Part shown: positions 57,455-64,000 of the stretch, one piece after another | How positions within the stretch are numbered: the first letter of the stretch is position 1 | Layout of the letters: each line of letters begins with the position of its first letter | Origin: Candidatus Calescibacterium sp. | GTDB taxonomy: Bacteria; Calescibacteriota; Calescibacteriia; Calescibacteriales; Calescibacteriaceae | DNA length: 64,000 bases | Assembly: GCA_025060505.1 (NCBI GenBank) | Contig: JANXBU010000005.1 | Coordinates: forward strand, 86,910-150,909 | Direction of reading: 5' to 3' | Notes under the pieces: model-generated | Databases searched by the model: none | Told to the model about the DNA's origin: nothing | What the model saw: only the letters and a program-made list of their open reading frames with translations | Position numbers and translations under genes: made by a program

Positions 57455-57979
57455 CTATTTTTCATCTGTATTAGGCTTTACGTTTTTAATGCTGGTGTTA
57501 TCTTTGTCATGCTTTCCTTCTTGATTTTTTCTTGAATCCATAAGAAGTTCAATTATTTCTCTTGCCTGTCTGTTCTCCGGGTTGATTGATATAACTCTCT
57601 TTGCTATCTGAAGTCCAAGCTCCTGATGTCCTGAATGAATCAAAAGTACAGCAAGATTTAAGAGAGCCTGCTCATCTTTAGGATCACGTTCTATTATCTT
57701 CATATAAACTCTTATAAGTTCTGGAATATTGCCTTCCGCCTGATAGATGTGAGCAAGCATGTATAGGTCTTTTATACTGGAGCTGCTCTCGAGTTTGCTT
57801 ATCAATGTCTGCCTTTCATCCTTAAGAACGACAAATAGAGCTATACCAATTATAAGTGTAGCAAAGAAATAACTAATTTTTGATTTGATCTCACGATATA
57901 TGAAATACGAAATGACCACAGCGAAAGCAACTATAAATACACCTACCAAGGAAAAAAGATTTGAAAATTCAAAATGCAT
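57455..57979 (-). CDS. TPR-repeat membrane protein
   Basis: 174 aa. Two N-terminal TM helices then TPR-like repeats (LAHIYQAEGNIPELIRVYMKIIERDPKDEQALLNLAVLL...). Confidence 0.5.
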   Translation of the reverse strand: MHFEFSNLFSLVGVFIVAFAVVISYFIYREIKSKISYFFATLIIGIALFVVLKDERQTLISKLESSSSIKDLYMLAHIYQAEGNIPELIRVYMKIIERDPKDEQALLNLAVLLIHSGHQELGLQIAKRVISINPENRQAREIIELLMDSRKNQEGKHDKDNTSIKNVKPNTDEK

Positions 57980-58035
57980 AAGTCAAAATTTTACCTTGTT
58001 ATCCTTATTTTTTTTATTGTAAGGATTTTTTAAAC

Positions 58036-58632
58036 ATGAAAATATTTGTTGCAACACAAAACAAAGGAAAGATAGAAGAAATAAAGCTCATACTAAGCAA
58101 AATGTTCTCAGACCAAATAGAGATTCTACTACCTGAATTAAAACAGAACATACCAGAAAACGGAAAAAATTATTACGAAAATGCACTCTTAAAAGCTCTT
58201 TGGTGGAAAGAAAGAATAAGCGGAATACCAATACTCTGTGAGGACTCTGGTCTTGAGATTTTCGTTCTGGGTGGATACCCCGGAAAAGATTCAGCAGTTG
58301 TTCCAAGACCGGATTCAACCGACTACGAAAGATGCATGCACATTCTGGACATGATGGAGAACAAAACAAGAAGAACTGCAAGATATGTATCTTGTGCCCT
58401 GATTTTTTTCAAAGATGTATGGTTTTATGACTTCGGTTACACTTACGGTGAGATAACTTATACACTACGAGGAACAGGAGGTTTTGGATATGATCCTATA
58501 TTTTTCTCACCAGAACTAAACAAAACATTTGGAGAATCCTCAATTGATGAAAAAACAGAAGTATCACATAGAAAAAGAGCGATTGAAAAACTTAAAAATG
58601 TGATACAGAAAATATGGCAAGGGTCTTTATAG
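58036..58632 (+). CDS. rdgB: Non-canonical purine NTP pyrophosphatase (dITP/XTP pyrophosphatase, Ham1/RdgB family)
   Basis: 198 aa. KIFVATQNKGKIEEIK, ...EDSGLEI...GYPG..., ...GGFGYDPIF.... Confidence 0.85.
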   Translation: MKIFVATQNKGKIEEIKLILSKMFSDQIEILLPELKQNIPENGKNYYENALLKALWWKERISGIPILCEDSGLEIFVLGGYPGKDSAVVPRPDSTDYERCMHILDMMENKTRRTARYVSCALIFFKDVWFYDFGYTYGEITYTLRGTGGFGYDPIFFSPELNKTFGESSIDEKTEVSHRKRAIEKLKNVIQKIWQGSL

Positions 58633-59168
58633 CAATAAAAATACCAGAAGAAATCTCAGAGAAAATAAATCAATTCGCAAAACAAAACTTCTCCAAAATC
58701 CCTGGAATAAAATTGGTTGAAAAGGAAAATCTCCATATAACGATGAAATTCCTTGGGGAAATCAATGATGAGATGGTTCCGAGAGTCTCAGAGAAGATAG
58801 AGAAATCGAGTCAGCTAGTAGAACCTTTTGAGATTTCCGTTGAAGAAATAGGAGTTTTTCCTTCATTCAATACTCCCAGAGTAATCTGGATTGGTGCTCT
58901 CTCACAAAAAATATATGACGTAAAAAAAGCGGTTGATGAAACTCTATCGGAGCTTGGTTTTGAAAAGGAAAACAAATTCGTATCTCACATAACGATCGGA
59001 AGAGTAAAGAGTGGCAATCCCTCTGAAAAAATAAATAGACTTGCAAAAACAAAAACTGAATTTGGAAAGTTTATCGCCAATTCGATAACGATCTTTGAAA
59101 GCACTCTAACTCCACAAGGACCAATATACAAAGTTATAAAGGATATCAAGTTTGGAAAACATAAGTAG
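58614..59168 (+). CDS. thpR: RNA 2',3'-cyclic phosphodiesterase (2H family, ThpR/LigT)
   Basis: 184 aa. Two H-x-T/S-x motifs (LHITMKFLGE and SHITIGRV). Overlaps rdgB by 19 nt. Confidence 0.75.
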   Translation: MARVFIAIKIPEEISEKINQFAKQNFSKIPGIKLVEKENLHITMKFLGEINDEMVPRVSEKIEKSSQLVEPFEISVEEIGVFPSFNTPRVIWIGALSQKIYDVKKAVDETLSELGFEKENKFVSHITIGRVKSGNPSEKINRLAKTKTEFGKFIANSITIFESTLTPQGPIYKVIKDIKFGKHK

Positions 59169-59221
59169 TTGCTACCTTCTTGTTATTTCACTATTTTTAA
59201 CCTAACCCTGCTCAGCAATAT

Positions 59222-60010
59222 TTATTCAAGCTTTCTTCTTAGAACATCGAAGAAATTAAAATTTACACTTCTTAGGATCTTTATAGATTTGTGTGAATAG
59301 AAAACTTCTATTTTGCTGGTCTCTCTTACAAATCTTCCATCGGAGTAAAGTTTTGCAGGTTTCTTCGAACTCAATCTAATTTTTCTTTTCGGACTTACAA
59401 CAAGTGGTCGCGCAGAAAGAGAAAAAGGTGCAATGAAAGATATAACAAAAACATCTATGCCTGGTAAAACAAGAGGGCCTCCAACAGACAGATTATAGGC
59501 TGTGGAACCGGTTTGAGAAGAAACAATAACACCATCAGCTCTGACTCTTACAACATCATGCACATCTGTTCTTATTTCGAATTCGTAGAGATCATCTGAC
59601 CTAACAACAACATCATTGAGTGCAAAAAGCTCTTCATTATCAGATGAGAAACCCATCAGAGTCTTGTTATCTACAACAAAGTTTTCTCTCATTATCATAT
59701 CAAGAGTTAATTCAAGAGAATCTTCTCCAAAAGTTAGAAACCCAACCTTTCCCATATTAACTCCGACTATCGGAGGTATATCGTCAATCTTTATTATTCG
59801 CTCAACCGTTCTCAAAATAGCCCCATCTCCTCCGAAAACAAAAATAGCATCCATCTTTTCTCCGCTGAATACCTTCACACTATTAGAAAACGGAAAGTCA
59901 TCAAAAGCGAAAACACTTATAGATCTTTCTTCAAAAATTCTGAGTATATCTAAGATCTTCTCTTTGTCTATATACGGCTTCAGGGAAACGAGAATTTTCT
60001 CCAATTTCAT
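59222..60010 (-). CDS. nadK: NAD+ kinase
   Basis: 262 aa. GGDGAILRTVER (GGDG motif), ...GVNMGKVGFL..., C-terminal DGVIVSSQTGSTAYNLSVGGPLV. Confidence 0.85.
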   Translation of the reverse strand: MKLEKILVSLKPYIDKEKILDILRIFEERSISVFAFDDFPFSNSVKVFSGEKMDAIFVFGGDGAILRTVERIIKIDDIPPIVGVNMGKVGFLTFGEDSLELTLDMIMRENFVVDNKTLMGFSSDNEELFALNDVVVRSDDLYEFEIRTDVHDVVRVRADGVIVSSQTGSTAYNLSVGGPLVLPGIDVFVISFIAPFSLSARPLVVSPKRKIRLSSKKPAKLYSDGRFVRETSKIEVFYSHKSIKILRSVNFNFFDVLRRKLE

Positions 60011-60044
60011 TTTATTTCTTAATTTATGGAAATCAGATCAAACT

Positions 60045-60914
60045 TTATTCTTTCAAGATTTTCTCAAACATAAGGTAAACCGAAGAAAAATCAAGCTGTG
60101 ATAACCCAAACTGCTTTGCTCTATCGTAAACGCTGTATATGCTTTGAGCTAAAAATTTTTTCTCATCTGATGCAAAAGCATAATCAATAAGATAATCAAG
60201 ATCTTTCCTTATAAGAGCAACAGAGAAATGTGGAGAAAAATCCTTGTTTACAAGTTTTGATCTTTTAGCATCAAGTATAGCAGATCTACCCGCACCATGC
60301 GAAAGAACATCAATCAAAGTATCTTTGGACAGTCCAAGTTTCTCACCCACGGCTAAAGCTTCGGCAAGAACAGCCATAAATCCACCAAGAACAAGGTTAT
60401 TGACCAATTTCATCTTCGAAGCATTGGGAATATTGTTTCCAAAGAAAAATATTTTTGAAGCAATAGCAGATAATATACTTTGAACTTTAAGGTAAGCTTT
60501 CTCCTCACCCGCAACAAGAACGGTCAGCCTCCCTTCCATAGCTGGTATAACACTACCTAAAACCGGAGATTCAAGATAACTTCCTCCTCTGTTTGCTACC
60601 GTGTTGTAGAACTCCGGAGTTCTTTTTGGATGGTTTGTGGTGAGATCAACTAAAATTTTCCCGGAAACGTCTATCTTATCAATAACAGATGCAACAGCAT
60701 CACTATCAAAGAGACAAATCAAAACAAATTCAACATCTTTTGGTATATCAGATAGATCTTTTAGAGGAACAGCAGATGTTTCTGAAACAAATAACTCAAC
60801 CTTTGTTCTGTTCCTTGACCATACAAAAAGATTCATATCTTTGCCAAAAAAAAGTTTTATTCTTTTCGCAATGGCTCGTCCGAGATTTCCGAGTCCCAAA
60901 AAAGCAACATTCAT
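60045..60914 (-). CDS. NAD(P)-dependent oxidoreductase, 3-hydroxyisobutyrate dehydrogenase / 6-phosphogluconate-dehydrogenase-like family
   Basis: ORF to 60953. Start chosen at MNVAFLGLGNLGRAIAKR (GxGxxG at the N-terminus, ATG 60914). The C-terminal half resembles the HIBADH dimerisation domain. Confidence 0.7.
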   Translation of the reverse strand: MNVAFLGLGNLGRAIAKRIKLFFGKDMNLFVWSRNRTKVELFVSETSAVPLKDLSDIPKDVEFVLICLFDSDAVASVIDKIDVSGKILVDLTTNHPKRTPEFYNTVANRGGSYLESPVLGSVIPAMEGRLTVLVAGEEKAYLKVQSILSAIASKIFFFGNNIPNASKMKLVNNLVLGGFMAVLAEALAVGEKLGLSKDTLIDVLSHGAGRSAILDAKRSKLVNKDFSPHFSVALIRKDLDYLIDYAFASDEKKFLAQSIYSVYDRAKQFGLSQLDFSSVYLMFEKILKE

Positions 60915-61049
60915 AAATTCTGATGTTTGTATTCCAAAATCGCTTTGCTGCAATGTCAGAAAAATTCTAGAGATAAATAAAGTTTCTATTTTGATCTCAG
61001 CAAAATTAAGATACGCTATATATTGATCTACAAGGTACGTTCAGCTGAC

Positions 61050-62099
61050 CTACACTGATTTTATGTTGATACTTTCTTGAATAATCTCTAAAACAGCTTT
61101 CTCAACTTCCTGATGAGGAACATAAGTGCATAGCCAATGTCCAGATGGACAGTAATTCTTCCCGTGCAACGAGCATGGACGACACCGTACATTACTCTTC
61201 ATAATAACCTTCGAATTGATAGGATAAAAACCCATACGAGGATCAGACGAAGTGAAAACTGAAATTACCTTAACTCCCAACGCAGACGCTATATGAGAAA
61301 TAGCAGAATCAACAGAAACAACGCACAAAGACTTGCTTAAAATGTATTTGAGATCTCTCAGAGAAACTTTCCCGAAAAGCTTTACTCCGACATCAAAAAC
61401 ATCGTTAAGATAGGTATTTTTACCAACCAAAACTACATTGATTCCTTTGCTTTCCAGAGATCTTACAAGTTTTTTGCATTCAAAAATATTCCACATCTTA
61501 GTTCTCCACGCAGATTCCGGAGCAACAACAACATAATCAGAAAGAGAAAGAAGATTCTTGTTCTGAGGTTCATCTGGTGGAAATATTTGTGGTAGAAACC
61601 TTAGGTTATCCTCCAAAGATTCATATTTCGGATTGTAAGACAGATCTCCCAAAACTCCCTCTCGCTCAAGAACATTGAAAGCAACATCTGAGAATCTCTT
61701 AAAAACAGGTCTTATACGCGAAAAATCCTTTGATAAAATAGATAACCTTCTTTCTATTCTCTGCGAATCCCAAACAAAAGTTTTGCTTCTCAAGGGATCA
61801 AGAAGAAATCTTATCATAGAGGTAATTGGTTTATCTTGCAGATCAATTATATAATCTGGAGAAATAATCGTGAGCCTGTAAATCAATCTCACAAGCTCCC
61901 AAACAGAATAATTTCGCAGAGTTAAAACTTTTATATATGGAATATCTTGGACTATATCGGAGAAAATCTTTTTAGTCAGAAAATAAACATCAAAATAGTC
62001 TTTCAGAATGCTTGGGACAACTGTTGATATAACTACATCACCCAGAGAACTTAGTCTTATTACAAGAACCTTTTTTCTTTTTCCCGAAATCTGCCTCAT
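61050..62099 (-). CDS. Glycosyltransferase family 9 (ADP-heptose:LPS heptosyltransferase-like)
   Basis: 349 aa. KVLVIRLSSLGDVVISTVVPSIL N-terminus. ...VVAPESAW..K.W... Confidence 0.75.
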   Translation of the reverse strand: MRQISGKRKKVLVIRLSSLGDVVISTVVPSILKDYFDVYFLTKKIFSDIVQDIPYIKVLTLRNYSVWELVRLIYRLTIISPDYIIDLQDKPITSMIRFLLDPLRSKTFVWDSQRIERRLSILSKDFSRIRPVFKRFSDVAFNVLEREGVLGDLSYNPKYESLEDNLRFLPQIFPPDEPQNKNLLSLSDYVVVAPESAWRTKMWNIFECKKLVRSLESKGINVVLVGKNTYLNDVFDVGVKLFGKVSLRDLKYILSKSLCVVSVDSAISHIASALGVKVISVFTSSDPRMGFYPINSKVIMKSNVRCRPCSLHGKNYCPSGHWLCTYVPHQEVEKAVLEIIQESINIKSV

Positions 62100-62536
62100 T
62101 TACTTCCACCATGCAGAGTTCGATTCCTGGTCTCTCTAATTTTCTGTATCGTATCAAAAACAAATAAGAAAAGTATTGCAGATAAGATCATCATAGCCCA
62201 AATAGAAAGTCTTATTCCCAAGAATTCCGGAGTTTGACAAACATCGCCTTCGCAAACATAGTTTTTCGGAAAAAACTCAGCAGACATTATTTTGTAATCT
62301 GCCCAAAGAGCAACAGATATTGGTATAACCATAAGAAAACTCAACCATTTCCAGAACAGACTCAAAAAAGATATAAAAGAAATTGCGATCACGCTATACC
62401 TTATGATCAAACAAAAATTACAAGGAGCTGATTGAAAAATTTCAGTATAAACACTACCGAATATTCCGGCAAGAGAAAGAAACAATATAGCAATCATTCT
62501 CGCTTTGTAGTTGTTCTGAAACATACCATAACACAC
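62096..62536 (-). CDS. Small 4-TM membrane protein, DsbB/BdbC-like (putative disulfide oxidoreductase)
   Basis: 146 aa. Cys pair in first loop (APCNFC) and second pair (CEGDVC) between hydrophobic helices. 4-nt overlap with the GT9 gene. Confidence 0.4.
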   Translation of the reverse strand: MCYGMFQNNYKARMIAILFLSLAGIFGSVYTEIFQSAPCNFCLIIRYSVIAISFISFLSLFWKWLSFLMVIPISVALWADYKIMSAEFFPKNYVCEGDVCQTPEFLGIRLSIWAMMILSAILFLFVFDTIQKIRETRNRTLHGGSK

Positions 62537-62697
62537 TTAAGTAAATTAGAAAATGAAAGAATCCTCAGATGTATATCCAAAAATTTTCTGAGATTTTCTG
62601 TTCCGTTCATGATTCGCAAGAAGGTTCAGAAGATCAATAAACTCTTTATGTCCTGAAGAAGTTTCAAAAGAAGTTTCAAAATTGTACGGATTTGTTT

Positions 62698-63774
62698 TTA
62701 TTGTTTGAAGTCAAAGTCATCTCTTGAAGTTACCCAAAGTGCATCTACATCATCATTTTCTATAAATTCCTGAATATTCTTTATAGAAAGGTAACCTCTA
62801 TCCCACAAATATTCAACATGAGCTCCAACTTCATCAAGAGCGAGTATAAACTGATAACCTTGCTTATCTGGGAATAGTTCATGTACAATTTGAACCATCG
62901 TCTTTGGTTCCTTACATATTTTGAGTATTTCCTTCAATCTATTAAAGTGATGAATTTTTATTTCCTCTGCTCTCTGATTTACATCCTGAACTATGGTGTA
63001 GTGTGCAGGAAGACCATATGAAATTTTCTTCTCAATGACCAACCTCTGTATCTTTTCAAGAGATTCAATATAGTGACCCGTTCCCGTGTACTTCATTATA
63101 CTTTCTGGGAACTGATGAGGAGTAATATAAGGAAGAATGTGATCCCCAGTAAAAATTACATCATCTAGTACCAAACATATATGTCCCGGACTATGCCCCG
63201 GTGTATGAACGACAAGAAAATCTTCAAGCTTCTCCATATCTTTCAGAGGCTTTGAAACCTTCACAGATTTCAAAAACTCCTTTGAAGCTGAATACATACT
63301 GATATGTGTTCTGACACCTTCTTCATCTAGTCCCGCTCTTCTGAGAAAAACCGCAAAATAATGCTTTGCATATATGAATGTTTCCTCAAATCTCTCAACA
63401 GCTTTTGAATCAATTTCGTGAACAAAAACTTTTATATTAGGATTAACACTAAGCAATTCTGAAAGTCCTCCGAAGTGATCGATATGAGCATGAGTTACTA
63501 TAACACCGTATATATCTTTTATATCAACCGAATATTTTTTCGTTATATCTCTTTCAAATTTCTCAAAAAACTTTTGAGGTTTTAATGAAAATCCAAAATC
63601 AATGAGAAAAACTTTGTCATCAAGGAAAACGACATAGATACTGTTGAAAAGGCGCGGTAAAGTATTTACCGAAAGACGAACTATTTTTCTACCTCTTGAT
63701 GTTTGATGCTCGATTGTTGGGAGCTCCTCTGTTATTTTCTCCCTATGGTCTTCAAGTTCCGCTGTTGCTTTCAT
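62698..63774 (-). CDS. MBL-fold metallo-hydrolase
   Basis: 358 aa. VIVTHAHIDHFGGL (HxHxDH), later HTPGHSPGH and ...GDHIL.... Confidence 0.75.
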   Translation of the reverse strand: MKATAELEDHREKITEELPTIEHQTSRGRKIVRLSVNTLPRLFNSIYVVFLDDKVFLIDFGFSLKPQKFFEKFERDITKKYSVDIKDIYGVIVTHAHIDHFGGLSELLSVNPNIKVFVHEIDSKAVERFEETFIYAKHYFAVFLRRAGLDEEGVRTHISMYSASKEFLKSVKVSKPLKDMEKLEDFLVVHTPGHSPGHICLVLDDVIFTGDHILPYITPHQFPESIMKYTGTGHYIESLEKIQRLVIEKKISYGLPAHYTIVQDVNQRAEEIKIHHFNRLKEILKICKEPKTMVQIVHELFPDKQGYQFILALDEVGAHVEYLWDRGYLSIKNIQEFIENDDVDALWVTSRDDFDFKQ

Positions 63775-63856
63775 ATCTGATTATGTTAATACCTGAATAT
63801 ATCTTTTTAAAATTCGCAAAACATCGCAAACAAAACAATATAATAAACGAATTATA

Positions 63857-64000
63857 TGAAGAAGGTCCTTGTTGGTGCAATATTTGGAACATTAATAGCC
63901 CTGATTTTCTTACCAAGCCTCTTTCGTTCAAAGAAACTTTTTGAAAAATCTACACTTATTGGAAAAGTTCCTCCAGACTTCGTATCGGAAGATTTCTCAG
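63857..64000 (+). CDS. Putative thioredoxin-fold (TlpA/redoxin-like) protein, 5' part only
   Basis: ATG at 63857. MKKVLVGAIFGTLIALIFLPSLFRSKKLFEKSTLIGKVPPDFVSEDFS is a signal anchor followed by the ...G..APDF... entry typical of TlpA-like redoxins. Truncated by the window end. Confidence 0.3.

Noticed and set aside
1-64000. CRISPR arrays, transposases, toxin-antitoxin pairs, restriction-modification genes
   Set aside because: Searched by eye for regularly spaced direct repeats and for DDE transposase, integrase, nuclease or methylase motifs in all listed ORFs. None found.

Overview
This is a 64-kb low-GC (about 33-35% by eye) chromosomal segment, densely packed with about 55 protein-coding genes and one tRNA. 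I see no transposase, integrase, phage genes or CRISPR array. Most starts lack a Shine-Dalgarno sequence; thi4 is a clear exception. Many proteins carry Lys/Glu-rich low-complexity extensions. An LPS heptosyltransferase (GT9), a DsbB-like protein, MurJ and many lipoproteins indicate a diderm, possibly thermophilic bacterium. I could not place it taxonomically from sequence alone.

Housekeeping genes I recognise: ychF, gltX, secA, ribH, nadD, gcvPA, trpF, folD, thi4 (Thi4-type thiazole synthase), a sirC-like siroheme synthase N-domain, murJ, ileS, rplO, cobU, rdgB, thpR, nadK, tRNA-Arg, plus a metallophosphoesterase, an SDR, a thiolase and an MBL hydrolase.

Accessory or unusual content:
- A co-directional glycan-modification cluster at about 8.8-16.2 kb: sulfotransferase-like gene, CmcI-type methyltransferase, dual-domain methyltransferase, triple-GT2 984-aa glycosyltransferase, then ribH.
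- A bona fide fliM with a KE-rich N-terminal extension, stranded between an M23 peptidase and a 1077-aa PHP-domain lipoprotein, with no other flagellar genes in the window.
- A PilZ/YcgR-like gene divergent from a 7TM-HD membrane phosphohydrolase.
- A co-directional run tRNA-Arg -> ArsA/Get3-like ATPase -> small coiled-coil lipoprotein -> 808-aa Ca-binding-repeat lipoprotein -> 1256-aa LVIVD beta-propeller surface protein.
- A solitary rplO (L15) outside any ribosomal-protein operon.
- An orphan gcvPA and an orphan trpF.
- Two sulfotransferase-like paralogues.

All calls rest on motif-level reading of the supplied translations. No database search was possible.
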